The notes below the pieces were generated by a model. The model was not told the DNA's origin. It saw only the letters and a list, made by a program, of their open reading frames with translations, and searched no databases. The translations under genes and the position numbers were made by a program. Positions 30,328 to 42,194 of a stretch of 64,000 nt of DNA are shown in pieces (the first letter of the stretch is position 1; every line of letters starts with the position of its first letter). The stretch is taken from the NCBI GenBank assembly GCA_039923645.1, contig JBDTCK010000109.1, positions 7,367 through 71,366 on the forward strand, written 5' to 3'. The stretch is from Rhodoferax sp. GTDB lineage: Bacteria; Pseudomonadota; Gammaproteobacteria; Burkholderiales; Burkholderiaceae_C.

Positions 30328-30698
30328 ATGCACAGCTTAATGCCAACATCGAAGCTGCCATGCGGCGACAAAGCCTGGATGGGCTTGCCGAATTTTGTGG
30401 CGTGCAGCGTTTCTGTTTCGACGCCAGAGATTGGATACGCCGAAGTGCATCCGAAGGCAAGCGCGTGGCATTTGCCGCGCACTATCTTTCCATGATGGAC
30501 TGGTACGGCCATGAGGAAGAGCTCGAGATGATTGCCGAAAAAATCTACCCCGGTATCGCCAACATTGCTACTTTCTGGCAGGAAATGCAGGCAATGGACG
30601 TTGCTCTGGCGCGGCTCTCCTCGGCCATACGATTCGGCTTAACACGAACCAGCTGCGCAAGCCTGCCGGCCAGCGCGGAGGGCAGCGCTGCAGCGTAG
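30324..30698 (+). CDS. Hypothetical protein (124 aa)
   Basis: Globular composition, GGGGAG RBS, coupled to the upstream ORF. Confidence 0.55.
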   Translation: MNAQLNANIEAAMRRQSLDGLAEFCGVQRFCFDARDWIRRSASEGKRVAFAAHYLSMMDWYGHEEELEMIAEKIYPGIANIATFWQEMQAMDVALARLSSAIRFGLTRTSCASLPASAEGSAAA

Positions 30699-30749
30699 GT
30701 AACTTGCGTTGCAGGGCCAGCAGTTGCCGGCCTTGCGTACCCAGTGTCG

Positions 30750-31019
30750 CTACGAGCCGTAACCCAGGCAGGCGCCCGCGTTGGGCAGGCCCCTGCATTC
30801 GCGCTGCAGGCGCCGGTCGCGCTCGGCCCGCGTCTCTCCGGAACCTTTTTCAAACCTGATCCGCCCGGCCTTTTTGGCATTGGCGGCCTGCGTGGCATGC
30901 GGTTTGGCCTTTTTTGCCTTGGTCTCGGCGGCATCGGCGCCCATGCATACCAGTGCGGCGGCGCACAGGATAGCGATGCTGCTGCCCGAGCGATAAATCC
31001 GTGGAATCCTGAAGTACAT
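30750..31019 (-). CDS. Small exported basic protein with C-terminal Cys pair
   Basis: Signal peptide, GGGGAG RBS, ERDRRLQRECRGLPNAGAC. Confidence 0.6.
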   Translation of the reverse strand: MYFRIPRIYRSGSSIAILCAAALVCMGADAAETKAKKAKPHATQAANAKKAGRIRFEKGSGETRAERDRRLQRECRGLPNAGACLGYGS

Positions 31020-31145
31020 GCAATCTCCCCTGCGGCATGGATGCTGCCGTCGAAACCATCATAGCGGCAGTGCCGCCGCCGCTGTGCAGCGGGCATGTCG
31101 GCGACAATAGGCATCCGTTTCAGCACTGCCGCCGATCACTCCACC

Positions 31146-32318
31146 ATGCGCCAAGCCATCCAGAATCTCGAAGAATCCCGAATCCGCGAAGTCGCCAATG
31201 CCGGCATGGGACGCAGCGACGTGCTGGCCTTCTGGTTCGGCGAGAGCGACGAGGTCACGCCCGATTTCATCCGGCAGGCTGCGATCGATTCGCTGCAGCG
31301 CGGCGAGACTTTCTACTCGCACAACCTCGGCTTGCCCGAACTGCGCGACGCGGTTGCCGGCTATATGAGCGCGTTGCACGGCCAGGTGGCGGCAGACCGC
31401 ATCGCCATCACCTCGGGCGGCGTGAATGCGCTGATGCTCGCCATGCAGGCGCTGGTAGACTCAGGCGACGAGGTGGTGGTGGTCACGCCGGTCTGGCCCA
31501 ACCTCACCGCACAGCCCCGGATTTTGGGGGCGAAGCTGCGTTGCGTGGCATTGCAGCCCGTCGCCAGCGGTCCGGATCGCGGCGCCTGGGCGCTCGACCT
31601 GGGCGCGCTGCTGGCCGCCATCACGCCGGCCACCAAGCTGCTGATCGTCAACTCGCCAAACAACCCCACCGGATGGACGCTGACCCGCGCCGAGCAGCAG
31701 GCGATCGTGGCTCACTGCCGCAAGACGGGTACCTGGATCCTGGCCGACGAGGTGTACGAGCGGCTCTACTACGCGGGCGATACCGCGAACGGCAGCGCTC
31801 CGAGCTTTCTGGACGTGACCACGCCGGATGACCGACTGGTGGTGGTGCACAGCTTTTCCAAGAGTTTCCTCATGACCGGCTGGCGGCTCGGCTGGCTGGT
31901 GATGCCGCCCGCCATGACGCAGCAATTGGGCAAGCTGATCGAGTTCAACACCTCGTGCGCCAGCGTCTTCACCCAGCGCGCTGGCGTGGTGGCATTGGAG
32001 CGCACAGCCGACGTGACGCCGCGCGTGGTGGCCCACCTGAAGGCCTGCCGCGACGTCCTGGTACCGCTGCTGCAGGCCGTTCCCGGCGTGCGGGTGGCCG
32101 CTGCCCGCGGCGGAATGTACGCCTTCTTCAGCCTGGAAGGCCACGGCGACTCGCTGGATACCGCCAGGCGCCTGGTGACCCAGGCTGGGCTGGGGCTGGC
32201 GCCGGGCAATGCCTTTGCGCCCGAAGCACAGGGCTGGTTGCGCTGGTGCTTTGCCTCGAAGGACCCTGCCCGTCTGGTCCAGGGCGTGGGGCGGTTGCAA
32301 AACTGGCTCGGGTTATAA
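31146..32318 (+). CDS. PLP-dependent class I/II aminotransferase
   Basis: NSPNNPTG, DEVY, SFSKSF.MTGWRLG. Confidence 0.9.
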   Translation: MRQAIQNLEESRIREVANAGMGRSDVLAFWFGESDEVTPDFIRQAAIDSLQRGETFYSHNLGLPELRDAVAGYMSALHGQVAADRIAITSGGVNALMLAMQALVDSGDEVVVVTPVWPNLTAQPRILGAKLRCVALQPVASGPDRGAWALDLGALLAAITPATKLLIVNSPNNPTGWTLTRAEQQAIVAHCRKTGTWILADEVYERLYYAGDTANGSAPSFLDVTTPDDRLVVVHSFSKSFLMTGWRLGWLVMPPAMTQQLGKLIEFNTSCASVFTQRAGVVALERTADVTPRVVAHLKACRDVLVPLLQAVPGVRVAAARGGMYAFFSLEGHGDSLDTARRLVTQAGLGLAPGNAFAPEAQGWLRWCFASKDPARLVQGVGRLQNWLGL

Positions 32319-32433
32319 TCGAGCGGCTTTGCACTGTGCAGGGCGCACGTTGGCTGCAGTTCCAGCTGCCAACGCAAGTAAAAAACATTGACAAGCAAAG
32401 CTTTTGCAAGTCAAACATTCACAGGAAATTGAA

Positions 32434-32700
32434 ATGATCGCATCCAGTATCAAGGCCGAAGTCGTCAAGGCCAACGCGCGCGGCGCCACTGACACGGGCA
32501 GCCCCGAAGTGCAAGTCGCCCTTTTGACCGCCCGCATCAACGAGCTCATGCCGCACTTCAAGACCCACGCCAAGGACCACCATGGCCGGCGCGGTCTGCT
32601 GCGCATGGTGAGCCGTCGGCGCAAGCTGCTCGACTATCTGAATTCCAAAGACCACGACCGTTACGCCGCGCTGATCGCCAAACTCGGTCTGCGCAAATAA
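32434..32700 (+). CDS. rpsO: 30S ribosomal protein S15
   Basis: [23 protein letters not shown]. Confidence 0.97.
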   Translation: MIASSIKAEVVKANARGATDTGSPEVQVALLTARINELMPHFKTHAKDHHGRRGLLRMVSRRRKLLDYLNSKDHDRYAALIAKLGLRK

Positions 32701-32717
32701 GCGGTCCATCGAATGCG

Positions 32718-32753
32718 AGCGCCTGAGTTAGTTCACTAGCTCAGGCGTTTTTT
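32718..32753 (+). terminator. Intrinsic terminator after rpsO
   Basis: GCGCCTGAGTTAG-ttca-CTAGCTCAGGCGT then T run. Confidence 0.85.
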
Positions 32754-32768
32754 ACTTCGGAGCCGGGC

Positions 32769-32843
32769 AACACGAATGCGCGCTGTGTCATTCCAGAAGA
32801 AATCAGGGGTTTCGCGTGATTTTTTCTGGAATGGCATCGTGTT
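32769..32843 (+). promoter_or_regulatory. Long pnp leader hairpin (RNase III site-like)
   Basis: TGTCATTCCAGAAGAAATCA pairs with TGATTTTTTCTGGAATGGCA. Confidence 0.7.
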
Positions 32844-32907
32844 CTGACCGCCAGACTCCGGGCTATTGGCGCAGCCTCATGCGCCGGTTCATTCAGGAGC
32901 TATCCAC

Positions 32908-35052
32908 ATGACCATCTTCAACAAAGTGACCAAAACGTTCCAATGGGGCGCCCATACCGTCACCATGGAAACCGGCGAAATTGCGCGCCAGGCCAGTGGC
33001 GCCGTACTGCTCAGCATTGAGGGCACTGTGGTGCTCGCTACCGTGGTGGGCAAGACCGTGGGCAAGGCGGGGCAGGACTTTTTTCCGCTGACCGTTGACT
33101 ATCTCGAGAAGACCTATGCCGCGGGCAAGATTCCCGGCAGCTTTTTCAAGCGTGAAGGCCGTCCGAGCGAGTTCGAGACCCTCACCAGCCGCCTAATCGA
33201 TCGCCCCATCCGGCCGCTGTTTCCTGAGGGCTATTTCAACGAAGTGCATGTGGTGATCCACACGTTGTCGCTGAACCCCGAAGTGGACGCCGACATTGCG
33301 GCCATGATCGCGACCAGCGCGGCCTTGTCCGTCAGCGGTATCCCCTTCAGCGGCCCGATCGGCGCCGCCCGCGTGGGCTACATCAACGGTGAATATGTGC
33401 TCAACCCCGGTCAGACCGCACGCAAGGACTCCAGCATGGACCTGGTGGTGGCGGGTACCGAGGCTGCGGTGCTGATGGTGGAGTCGGAGGCCAAGCAATT
33501 GTCCGAAGAGATCATGCTGGGTGCCGTGGTGTTCGGCCACGAGCAAAGCCGCGTGGCCATCAACGCGATCCACGAGTTGGTGCGCGATGCCGGCAAGCCG
33601 GTGTGGGACTGGAAAGCGCCCGCCAAAGACGAGGTGCTGATCGCCAAAGTGGGCGCCCTGGCCGAAGAAAAACTGGCCGCAGCCTACCAGATCCGCAACA
33701 AGCAGTCGCGTACCCACGCGACGCGTCAGACCTACGCCTGGGTCATGGCGGGGCTGAAGGCCGAGGGCGTTGAATTCGACCCCGTGGCCGTGGAAGGCCT
33801 GCTGTTCGACATCGAAGCGCGCATCGTGCGCAGCCAGATTCTGGCCGGCGAGCCGCGCATCGATGGCCGCGACACGCGCACCGTGCGCCCGATCGAGATC
33901 AGGAGCAGCGTGCTGCCGCGCACTCATGGCTCGGCCCTGTTCACGCGGGGCGAAACCCAGGCGCTGGTCGTCACGACCCTGGGCACCGAGCGCGATGCCC
34001 AGCGTATCGATGCGCTGTCGGGCGACTATGAAGATCGCTTCATGCTGCACTACAACATGCCTCCGTTCGCCACTGGCGAAACTGGCCGCGTCGGTAGTCC
34101 CAAGCGCCGCGAAATCGGCCATGGCCGGCTCGCCAAGCGTGCTCTCGTGGCGGTGCTGCCTTCGAAAGAAGATTTCCCTTACACCATGCGCGTGGTCAGC
34201 GAGGTGACCGAGTCCAACGGTTCCTCGTCGATGGCTTCTGTCTGCGGCGGTTGCCTGTCGCTGATGGACGCCGGCGTGCCCATGAAGGCGCACGTGGCTG
34301 GCATCGCCATGGGCCTGATCAAGGACGGCAGCCGCTTTGCGGTGCTGACCGATATTCTGGGTGACGAAGATCACCTGGGCGACATGGACTTCAAGGTGGC
34401 GGGCACGACCAACGGCATCACCGCGCTGCAGATGGACATCAAGATCCAGGGCATCACCAAGGAAATCATGCAGGTTGCGCTGGCGCAAGCCAAGGAAGCG
34501 CGCATGCACATCCTGGGCAAGATGCAGGAAGCCATGGGCGAGGCCAAGGCCGAAATCTCCAGCTTCGCTCCGCGCCTGACGACTTTGAAAATCAACCCCG
34601 AGAAGATCCGCGACGTGATCGGCAAGGGCGGGGCGGTCATTCGCGGCCTGCAGGAAGAAACGGGCACGCAGATCAACATCAACGAGGACGGCACCATCAC
34701 CATCGCCTCGACAGACCCCGCCAAGGCCGAAGAGGCTAAACGCCGTATCGAACAGATCACGGCTGAAGTCGAAATTGGCAAGATCTATGAAGGCCCGATC
34801 ACCAAGATCCTGGACTTCGGCGCGCTGGTCAATCTGTTGCCCGGCAAGGACGGTCTGCTGCACATCAGCCAGATTGCGCACGAACGCGTCGAGAAGGTGA
34901 CCGACTACCTCAAGGAAGGTCAGATCGTCAAGGTCAAAGTGTTGGAGACCGACGAGAAGGGCCGCGTCAAGCTGTCGATGAAGGCGCTGCTGGACCGTCC
35001 GGCGCAGCCTGGCTATGGCACCGATCATTCGGGTTCCGCCAACCAGTCGTAA
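32908..35052 (+). CDS. pnp: Polyribonucleotide nucleotidyltransferase
   Basis: [33 protein letters not shown]; KH and S1 domains. Confidence 0.97.
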   Translation: MTIFNKVTKTFQWGAHTVTMETGEIARQASGAVLLSIEGTVVLATVVGKTVGKAGQDFFPLTVDYLEKTYAAGKIPGSFFKREGRPSEFETLTSRLIDRPIRPLFPEGYFNEVHVVIHTLSLNPEVDADIAAMIATSAALSVSGIPFSGPIGAARVGYINGEYVLNPGQTARKDSSMDLVVAGTEAAVLMVESEAKQLSEEIMLGAVVFGHEQSRVAINAIHELVRDAGKPVWDWKAPAKDEVLIAKVGALAEEKLAAAYQIRNKQSRTHATRQTYAWVMAGLKAEGVEFDPVAVEGLLFDIEARIVRSQILAGEPRIDGRDTRTVRPIEIRSSVLPRTHGSALFTRGETQALVVTTLGTERDAQRIDALSGDYEDRFMLHYNMPPFATGETGRVGSPKRREIGHGRLAKRALVAVLPSKEDFPYTMRVVSEVTESNGSSSMASVCGGCLSLMDAGVPMKAHVAGIAMGLIKDGSRFAVLTDILGDEDHLGDMDFKVAGTTNGITALQMDIKIQGITKEIMQVALAQAKEARMHILGKMQEAMGEAKAEISSFAPRLTTLKINPEKIRDVIGKGGAVIRGLQEETGTQININEDGTITIASTDPAKAEEAKRRIEQITAEVEIGKIYEGPITKILDFGALVNLLPGKDGLLHISQIAHERVEKVTDYLKEGQIVKVKVLETDEKGRVKLSMKALLDRPAQPGYGTDHSGSANQS

Positions 35053-35055
35053 TTT

Positions 35056-35097
35056 GCTATTTAATTTATAGCTAATCATGCCCTTTTATCAAGGGCT
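35056..35097 (+). repeat. Double-dyad repeat copy in pnp-qor spacer
   Basis: GCTA-tttaattta-TAGC-taatcat-GCCC-ttttatcaa-GGGCT; perfect consensus. Confidence 0.8.
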
Positions 35098-35113
35098 ACG
35101 GGGTATAAATACC

Positions 35114-36100
35114 ATGAAAGCGATTGAAATTACCTCGTTTGGCGCGCCCGACGTGCTGCGCGCGGGCGAGCGCGCCGCACCGGTGGCCGGCGCGGGCGAG
35201 TTGCTGATTCGCGTCGGCGCCAGCGGCGTGAACCGGCCCGATGTGCTGCAACGCACGGGCAACTATCCGGTGCCGCCCGGCGCCTCGGATATTCCGGGCC
35301 TGGAAGTGGCTGGCGTGATCGAGAGCGGCGATGCGGCCGCGATGGCGCAGGCGGGTTTCAAGATCGGGGATCGGGTCTGTGCGCTGGTGGCCGGTGGTGG
35401 TTACGCCGAACTGTGCGTGGCACCTGTGGGCCAGTGCTTGCCAGTACCCAAGGGGTTGAGCGATGTACAGGCGGCTTCGCTGCCTGAAACGTTCTTCACC
35501 GTGTGGAGCAACGTGTTCGATCGTGGCCACCTGCAAAAGGGCGAAACCCTGCTGATCCAGGGTGGCTCCAGCGGCATCGGCGTCACGGCCATCCAGATGG
35601 CCAAGGCCTTGGGCGCGACGGTTATCGTCACGGCCGGCAGCGACGACAAGTGTGCGGCGTGCCTGGCGCTGGGTGCCGACCACGCGATCAACTACAAAAC
35701 CTCCGACTTTGCCGAGCAGGCCAAAAAACTCACGGCAGGCGTGGGCGTGAACGTGATCCTTGACATGGTCGCGGGCAGCTATGTCGCGCGCGAGATCGGG
35801 TGCATGGCCGAGGACGGCCGGCTCGTCATCATCGCGGTGCAGGGCGGCGTCAAGAGTGAGATCAACGCGGGACTGGTGCTGCGCCGCCGTCTCACGGTGA
35901 CTGGCTCCACGCTGCGCGCTCGTCCGGTGGCGTTCAAGACGGCGATTGCACAGTCCTTGCGCAAGAACGTCTGGCCGCTGATCGAGAATGGCAGCATCAA
36001 GCCGGTGATTCACAGCACTTTCGTGGCAGCAGAAGCCGCCAGGGCCCATGCGCTGATGGAGTCGAATCAGCATGTGGGCAAGATCGTCCTGACATGGTGA
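35114..36100 (+). CDS. NAD(P)H-quinone oxidoreductase (zeta-crystallin/PIG3)
   Basis: GVNRPD, PGLEVAG, GGSSGIG, GSTLR, GKIVL. Confidence 0.9.
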   Translation: MKAIEITSFGAPDVLRAGERAAPVAGAGELLIRVGASGVNRPDVLQRTGNYPVPPGASDIPGLEVAGVIESGDAAAMAQAGFKIGDRVCALVAGGGYAELCVAPVGQCLPVPKGLSDVQAASLPETFFTVWSNVFDRGHLQKGETLLIQGGSSGIGVTAIQMAKALGATVIVTAGSDDKCAACLALGADHAINYKTSDFAEQAKKLTAGVGVNVILDMVAGSYVAREIGCMAEDGRLVIIAVQGGVKSEINAGLVLRRRLTVTGSTLRARPVAFKTAIAQSLRKNVWPLIENGSIKPVIHSTFVAAEAARAHALMESNQHVGKIVLTW

Positions 36101-36840
36101 AGAAGCAGCTGATTGCGGGCAACTGGAAGATGAATGGCAGCCTGGCTGCCAACCAGGCGCTGCTGGCCGCCGTGCGGGCGGGACTGGGTTTGCCCCGCTG
36201 TGCGGTTGCGGTTTGCGTTCCTGCGCCGTATCTGGCGCAAGCCTCTGAAATGCTCTCGGGTAGCGCCATCAGTTGGGGTGCGCAGGATGTTTCTGCCCAT
36301 GATGCCGGCGCCTACACGGGCGAGGTGTCTGCTGCCATGTTGAAGGAATTCGGCGTGCACTACGCGATCGTCGGCCACTCGGAGCGGCGCCGCTATCACG
36401 ACGAGACGGACGACCTGGTCGCGGCCAAGGCACAGTGTGCGCTCAGGCTCGGTATCACACCGATAGTGTGTGTCGGTGAAACCTTGGCCGAACACGATGC
36501 GGGTCAGACCGAAGCCGTCGTCACGCGTCAACTGGCCGCGGTGATCGCCGCGAACGGCCCGCGTATCGACGACATTGTGGTGGCTTATGAGCCGGTGTGG
36601 GCCATCGGCACCGGCAAGAACGCCACACCACAACAGGCGCAGCAGGTTCACGCCGTGCTGCGCACCCAGCTGTGCGCCGCCAGCGCTCGCGCCGCGCAGA
36701 TCGCGATTCTGTATGGCGGCAGCATGAATGCAGGCAACGCGGCAGAACTGCTGGCCCAGCCCGACATTGACGGCGGCCTGATTGGGGGCGCCTCCTTGAG
36801 TGCCCCGGATTTTTTGAAAATAGTTGCTGCAGCCCTTTAG
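36094..36840 (+). CDS. tpiA: Triosephosphate isomerase
   Basis: [28 protein letters not shown]; start may be GTG at 36097. Confidence 0.96.
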   Translation: MVKKQLIAGNWKMNGSLAANQALLAAVRAGLGLPRCAVAVCVPAPYLAQASEMLSGSAISWGAQDVSAHDAGAYTGEVSAAMLKEFGVHYAIVGHSERRRYHDETDDLVAAKAQCALRLGITPIVCVGETLAEHDAGQTEAVVTRQLAAVIAANGPRIDDIVVAYEPVWAIGTGKNATPQQAQQVHAVLRTQLCAASARAAQIAILYGGSMNAGNAAELLAQPDIDGGLIGGASLSAPDFLKIVAAAL

Positions 36841-36849
36841 GGTAAAGCG
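36808..36849 (+). repeat. Double-dyad repeat copy spanning the tpiA stop codon
   Basis: GATT-ttttgaaaa-TAGT-tgctgca-GCCC-tttagggta-AAGC. Confidence 0.55.
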
Positions 36850-36878
36850 ATTGAGGCTATTTATTTAGGAGCATAAAA

Positions 36879-37313
36879 ATGCATCTCGCACTCAACATTA
36901 TTCTGGCGGTCCAGATACTGACCGCCATCGCTCTGATCGGCCTGATTCTGATCCAGCATGGCAAGGGCGCTGACATGGGTGCGGCTTTTGGCAGTGGCAG
37001 CTCGGGCAGCCTGTTTGGTGCCAGTGGCAGCGCCAACTTCCTGTCGCGTTCCACCGCCGTACTCGCCACGGTGTTTTTTGCCTCCACGCTGGCGCTGGCG
37101 TATTTCGGTAATTTGCGCCCGGTCAGCACCGATAGCGGTAGCGTGCTGGAGCATGCTGCAGTCGCCGCGCCCGCGCCTGCACGCGCGGCATCGGGTATTG
37201 CCACTCAAATCCCGGGCAGTGCCGCACCGGCTCCGCAATCAACTCCAGCTCCGGCAAGCGCCGTGCCTGCTGCGCCCGCTGCCTCGGGTGCGGGGCAGAT
37301 TCCGACCCATTGA
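36879..37313 (+). CDS. secG: Preprotein translocase subunit SecG
   Basis: IQHGKGADMGAAFGSG, NFLSR.T. Confidence 0.94.
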   Translation: MHLALNIILAVQILTAIALIGLILIQHGKGADMGAAFGSGSSGSLFGASGSANFLSRSTAVLATVFFASTLALAYFGNLRPVSTDSGSVLEHAAVAAPAPARAASGIATQIPGSAAPAPQSTPAPASAVPAAPAASGAGQIPTH

Positions 37314-37432
37314 TCGTCTCTGCAAATCGCCTGCGTCTGCGCCGAATGCGGGCAATTTCAGGGTAAACTCCAAGACTGTCCTGAGGGCCGAAGCCGCAAT
37401 GCGCCTCGTGTCATCCGGACTACAAAAAGACC

Positions 37433-37517
37433 GCCGTCGTGGTGAAATTGGTAGACACGCTATCTTGAGGGGGTAGTGGCGAAAGCTGTGCGAGTTCGAG
37501 TCTCGCCGACGGCACCA
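37433..37517 (+). tRNA. tRNA-Leu(GAG)
   Basis: Acceptor GCCGTCG/CGACGGC-ACCA, anticodon loop TTGAGGG, long variable arm, GTTCGAG T-loop. Confidence 0.96.
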
Positions 37518-37574
37518 AATAAAAAAGCTCGCTGGCACGGTGCTGGCGGGCAAAAGTAGCGATCAAAACCTCAA

Positions 37575-37934
37575 ATGAACCTCGATCAATACCTTCCCGT
37601 TCTCTTGTTCATCCTGGTCGGCATTGGCGTTGGTATCGTGCCCCAGGTGCTCGGCTACATTCTTGGCCCGAATCGTCCGGACGCTGCCAAGAACTCCCCT
37701 TACGAGTGTGGCTTCGAGGCGTTTGAGGACGCCCGCATGAAGTTTGACGTACGGTACTACCTCGTGGCCATTCTGTTCATCCTGTTTGACCTCGAAATCG
37801 CGTTCCTGTTTCCCTGGGCCGTCTCGCTCAAGGAAATCGGTGCACTGGGCTTCTGGGCCATGATGATTTTCCTGGGCATCCTTGTCGTGGGTTTTATCTA
37901 CGAGTGGAAAAAAGGCGCCCTGGATTGGGAATGA
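37575..37934 (+). CDS. nuoA: NADH-quinone oxidoreductase subunit A
   Basis: [13 protein letters not shown]. Confidence 0.96.
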   Translation: MNLDQYLPVLLFILVGIGVGIVPQVLGYILGPNRPDAAKNSPYECGFEAFEDARMKFDVRYYLVAILFILFDLEIAFLFPWAVSLKEIGALGFWAMMIFLGILVVGFIYEWKKGALDWE

Positions 37935-37955
37935 AGCGATTGACGGGAGAACTGT

Positions 37956-38435
37956 ATGGCCATTGAAGGTGTTTTCAAGGAAGGCTTCGTCACCACCAGC
38001 TACGACTCGGTGATGAATTGGGCCAAGACCGGCTCGCTGTGGCCGATGACGTTCGGCCTCGCTTGCTGCGCCGTGGAGATGATGCACGCGGGCGCCGCGC
38101 GCTACGACATCGATCGCTTCGGCATGCTGTTTCGCCCCAGCCCGCGCCAGTCTGACCTGATGATCGTGGCCGGTACGCTGTGCAACAAGATGGCGCCAGC
38201 ACTGCGCAAGGTCTACGACCAGATGAGCGAGCCGCGCTGGGTGCTGTCCATGGGCTCATGCGCCAACGGCGGCGGCTACTACCACTACAGCTATTCGGTG
38301 GTGCGCGGCTGCGACCGCATCGTGCCGGTGGATGTGTACGTTCCAGGCTGCCCGCCGACGGCGGAGGCCCTGCTGTACGGCATCATCCAGCTGCAGCAGA
38401 AGATCCGGCGCACCAATACCATCGCGCGCGTCTGA
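37956..38435 (+). CDS. nuoB: NADH-quinone oxidoreductase subunit B
   Basis: [22 protein letters not shown]. Confidence 0.96.
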   Translation: MAIEGVFKEGFVTTSYDSVMNWAKTGSLWPMTFGLACCAVEMMHAGAARYDIDRFGMLFRPSPRQSDLMIVAGTLCNKMAPALRKVYDQMSEPRWVLSMGSCANGGGYYHYSYSVVRGCDRIVPVDVYVPGCPPTAEALLYGIIQLQQKIRRTNTIARV

Positions 38436-38445
38436 AGGGGTTCCA

Positions 38446-39054
38446 ATGACCGCGTTTGCCGTTAATCCCGAAACCCTCAAGGACACCATCGCCGCCGCGT
38501 TGGGCGAGAGGGTGAAACACATCAGCCTGAAGCTGGGCGAGGTCACTGTGGTGGTTTCCGCCGCCCACTATCTGCAGGCGGCCACGACGCTACGTGATGC
38601 GCCGGGTTGCCAATTTGAGCAACTCATGGACGTGTGCGGGGTCGATTATTCGGACTACAAGGAGGGCATCTGGGATGGTGCCCGCTACTGCGTGGTGCTG
38701 CACCTGCTGTCGGTCAGTCTGAACCAGCGCGTGCGTGTCAAGGTGTTTGCGCCTGACGACGATCTGCCCGTCGTGGCGTCGGTGAGCAGCGTCTGGAATG
38801 CTGCCAACTGGTTCGAGCGTGAAGCGTTCGACCTGTTCGGAATCGTGTTCGAGGGGCACAGCGACCTGCGCCGCATCCTGACCGACTACGGCTTCATCGG
38901 TCACCCGTTCCGCAAGGATTTCCCGACCTCCGGTCACGTCGAAATGCGCTACGACCCGGAGCAAAAAAGAGTGATCTATCAGCCGGTCACTATCGAGCCA
39001 CGCGAGATCACGCCGCGCATCGTCCGCGAAGACAACTACGGCGGGTTGCACTGA
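38446..39054 (+). CDS. nuoC: NADH-quinone oxidoreductase subunit C
   Basis: [22 protein letters not shown]. Confidence 0.95.
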   Translation: MTAFAVNPETLKDTIAAALGERVKHISLKLGEVTVVVSAAHYLQAATTLRDAPGCQFEQLMDVCGVDYSDYKEGIWDGARYCVVLHLLSVSLNQRVRVKVFAPDDDLPVVASVSSVWNAANWFEREAFDLFGIVFEGHSDLRRILTDYGFIGHPFRKDFPTSGHVEMRYDPEQKRVIYQPVTIEPREITPRIVREDNYGGLH

Positions 39055-39055
39055 C

Positions 39056-40309
39056 ATGGCAGAGATCAAGAACTACACCCTCAACTTCGGGCCGCAGCAC
39101 CCGGCAGCCCATGGCGTTTTGCGCCTGGTGCTCGAGCTCGACGGCGAGGTCGTGCAGCGCGCCGACCCGCATATAGGGTTGCTGCATCGCGCCACGGAAA
39201 AGCTTGCCGAGAGCAAGACCTACCTCCAGTCGCTGCCCTATATGGACCGCCTCGACTATGTGTCGATGATGGCAAACGAGCATGCGTATTGCCTGGCGAT
39301 AGAGCGGCTGATGGGGATTTCGGTGCCTGAGCGGGCGCAATACATCCGGGTCATGTTTGACGAGATCACGCGTCTGCTCAATCACCTGATGTGGCTGGGC
39401 GCGCATGGGCTCGATTGCGGCGCGATGAACATGCTGATTTATTGCTTCCGTGAACGCGAGGATTTGTTCGACATGTATGAGGCGGTGTCGGGCGCGCGCA
39501 TGCATGCGGCCTACTATCGCCCGGGAGGCGTGTACCGGGACCTGCCCGACACCATGCCGCAGTACAAGGTCAGCAAGATCAAGAACGCCAGGGTGATTGG
39601 GCAGCTCAATGAAAACCGGCAAGGCTCGCTGCTCGACTTCATCGAGGACTTCTGCAGGCGTTTTCCGGCTCTTGTCGATGAATACGAGACTCTGCTCACC
39701 GACAACCGTATCTGGAAACAGCGTACCGTGGGTGTCGGTGTGGTCTCGCCGGAGCGCGCCCTGAACCTTGGCTTTACCGGTGCCATGCTGCGCGGCTCAG
39801 GCGTCGCCTGGGATCTGCGCAAGAAGCAACCCTACGAGGTCTACGATCGCCTTGACTTCGACATCCCGGTGGGCAAGACGGGCGACTGCTATGACCGCTA
39901 CCTGGTGCGTGTCGAAGAGATGCGCCAGTCCAATCGCATCATCAAGCAATGTGTGGACTGGCTGCGCGTGAATCCCGGCCGCGTGATCATCGACAACCAC
40001 AAGGTGGCACCGCCAGCGCGTGAGGCGATGAAGACGAACATGGAAGACCTGATCCATCACTTCAAGCTGTTCACTGAAGGGTTCCACGTGCCCGAGGGCG
40101 AAGCTTATGCGGCGATCGAGCATCCCAAGGGCGAGTTTGGCATCTACATCGTGAGCGACGGGGCGAACAAGCCCTACCGGCTTAAAATCCGTCCGCCCGG
40201 ATTCGCCCATCTCGCGGGGATGGACGAGATGGCGCGTGGCCACATGATCGCGGACGTCGTCGCCATCATTGGCACCCTGGACATTGTGTTTGGAGAGATT
40301 GACCGATGA
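39056..40309 (+). CDS. nuoD: NADH-quinone oxidoreductase subunit D
   Basis: [24 protein letters not shown]. Confidence 0.96.
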   Translation: MAEIKNYTLNFGPQHPAAHGVLRLVLELDGEVVQRADPHIGLLHRATEKLAESKTYLQSLPYMDRLDYVSMMANEHAYCLAIERLMGISVPERAQYIRVMFDEITRLLNHLMWLGAHGLDCGAMNMLIYCFREREDLFDMYEAVSGARMHAAYYRPGGVYRDLPDTMPQYKVSKIKNARVIGQLNENRQGSLLDFIEDFCRRFPALVDEYETLLTDNRIWKQRTVGVGVVSPERALNLGFTGAMLRGSGVAWDLRKKQPYEVYDRLDFDIPVGKTGDCYDRYLVRVEEMRQSNRIIKQCVDWLRVNPGRVIIDNHKVAPPAREAMKTNMEDLIHHFKLFTEGFHVPEGEAYAAIEHPKGEFGIYIVSDGANKPYRLKIRPPGFAHLAGMDEMARGHMIADVVAIIGTLDIVFGEIDR

Positions 40310-40818
40310 TCTCTGAAGTCATGAAGGCGGGATTCGCCAAGGAAGTCGCAAAGTATCCACCCGAGCATAAGCAATCTGCCGTATTGGCCTGCTTGAGCCT
40401 GGTCCAGCTGGAGCAGGGCTATGTCAGTCAGGAAAGCGAGGCGGAAGTTGCCGCCTACCTCGGCATGCCGCCCATAGCAGTGCACGAGGTGACTACTTTC
40501 TACAACATGCTGAATCAGCAACCTGTGGGCAAGTACAAGCTCAATGTCTGTACCAACCTGCCGTGCCAGTTGCGCCACGGCGATCGGGCATTGCAGCACC
40601 TGGCAAGCCGGCTTGGCATCAAGATGGGCGAGACCACGGCAGATGGCATGTTCACGCTGCAGCAAGCCGAGTGCCTTGGAGCCTGTGCCGATTCGCCCGT
40701 GATGCTGGTGAATGACCGCACCATGTGCAGCTTCATGACCAACGAGCGGCTGGACCAGATGATTGACGGTTTGCGGGCGGCTGATGGCGTTGCCGCGCCG
40801 GTCGCTGAGGTGAAGTGA
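40306..40818 (+). CDS. nuoE: NADH-quinone oxidoreductase subunit E
   Basis: CTNLPC, ECLGAC. Confidence 0.94.
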   Translation: MISEVMKAGFAKEVAKYPPEHKQSAVLACLSLVQLEQGYVSQESEAEVAAYLGMPPIAVHEVTTFYNMLNQQPVGKYKLNVCTNLPCQLRHGDRALQHLASRLGIKMGETTADGMFTLQQAECLGACADSPVMLVNDRTMCSFMTNERLDQMIDGLRAADGVAAPVAEVK

Positions 40819-42182
40819 TGTCTCCAGAAAATATCCTGTCCCAGTTCGTCGCCACGGGCGCCGAGACCTGTTTTCATGGCCGTCATATCGAGCCGCAGAT
40901 TTATGCGGGCCTGGACGGCAGCAACTGGCGCTTGAGAGACTACGTGGCGCGTGGCGGCTACCAGGCGCTGCGCAAGGTTCTGGGCAAGGATGGCGTCGCC
41001 GGCAATGAGGCCGGCCTGACGCAGGACCAGGTGATTGCCACGGTCAAGGAGTCAGCGTTGCGCGGGCGTGGCGGAGCGGGTTTTCCGACCGGCCTGAAAT
41101 GGAGCTTCATGCCGCGAAAGTTGCCCGGGCAGAAATATCTGGTCTGCAATTCCGACGAGGGTGAACCGGGCACCTGCAAGGATCGAGACATCCTGCACTA
41201 CAACCCGCACATCGTGATCGAGGGCATGGTGATTGCCGCTTATGCCATGGGCGTCACGGTTGGCTTCAATTACATTCATGGCGAGATTTTCGCCACCTAT
41301 GAGCGGTTCGAGGAAGCGCTGGAAGAGGCGCGCGCCGAGGGTTTGCTGGGCGACCACATTCTGGGCAGCGATTTCAGCTTCCAGCTGCACGCATTCCATG
41401 GCTTTGGTGCCTACATCTGCGGCGAAGAGACGGGCATGCTGGAATCCCTGGAGGGCAAGAAGGGCCTGCCGCGTTTCAAGCCACCGTTTCCGGCCAGTTT
41501 TGGCGTGTACGGCAAGCCCACGACCATTAACAATACCGAGACTTTCGCGGCCGTGCCGTGGATCATCCGCAACGGGGGTGCGGCGTACCTGGCGTGCGGC
41601 AAGCCCAATAACGGTGGCACCAAGATCTACTCCATCAGCGGCGACGTCGAGCGCCCTGGCAACTACGAAATTCCCATGGGAACACCGTTTCCCACGCTGC
41701 TGGAACTCGCTGGAGGCGTGCGTGCGGGGCGTCAGCTCAAGGCCGTGATTCCGGGTGGCTCGTCCGCCCCGGTGCTGCCGGCGTCCATCATGATGAATTG
41801 CACCATGGATTACGACTCGATTGCCAAGGCCGGCTCCATGCTCGGCTCGGGCGCGGTGATTGTGATCGATGACTCACGCTGCATGGTGCGCTCGCTGCGC
41901 CGGCTGAGCTACTTCTACATGCATGAGTCCTGTGGCCAATGCACGCCCTGCCGCGAAGGCACGGGATGGCTCTGGCGCATGGTGAACCGTATCGAGAACG
42001 GGCAGGGACGCCAGGCCGACCTCGATGTGCTGGACTCGGTCGCCGATGGCATCATGGGGCGAACGATTTGCGCGCTGGGCGATGCGGCAGCCATGCCGGT
42101 GCGCGCCATGATCAAGCATTTCCGTCCCGAATTTGAATATCACATCGAGCACAAGACCTGCCCGGTCCCCGAGTACGTCTGA
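40818..42182 (+). CDS. nuoF: NADH-quinone oxidoreductase subunit F
   Basis: [32 protein letters not shown]. Confidence 0.96.
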   Translation: MSPENILSQFVATGAETCFHGRHIEPQIYAGLDGSNWRLRDYVARGGYQALRKVLGKDGVAGNEAGLTQDQVIATVKESALRGRGGAGFPTGLKWSFMPRKLPGQKYLVCNSDEGEPGTCKDRDILHYNPHIVIEGMVIAAYAMGVTVGFNYIHGEIFATYERFEEALEEARAEGLLGDHILGSDFSFQLHAFHGFGAYICGEETGMLESLEGKKGLPRFKPPFPASFGVYGKPTTINNTETFAAVPWIIRNGGAAYLACGKPNNGGTKIYSISGDVERPGNYEIPMGTPFPTLLELAGGVRAGRQLKAVIPGGSSAPVLPASIMMNCTMDYDSIAKAGSMLGSGAVIVIDDSRCMVRSLRRLSYFYMHESCGQCTPCREGTGWLWRMVNRIENGQGRQADLDVLDSVADGIMGRTICALGDAAAMPVRAMIKHFRPEFEYHIEHKTCPVPEYV

Positions 42183-42194
42183 GCGAGCCGCCCC

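Noticed and set aside
33193-35079. 628-aa antisense ORF over pnp (likewise 53511-54890 over gdhA, 4210-5676, 27825-29228 and others)
   Set aside because: Shadow ORFs expected from GC-rich codon bias opposite clear genes; no recognisable motifs.
37433-37574. tRNA-Leu as an integration site
   Set aside because: nuoA follows directly; no integrase and no duplicated tRNA 3' end seen.
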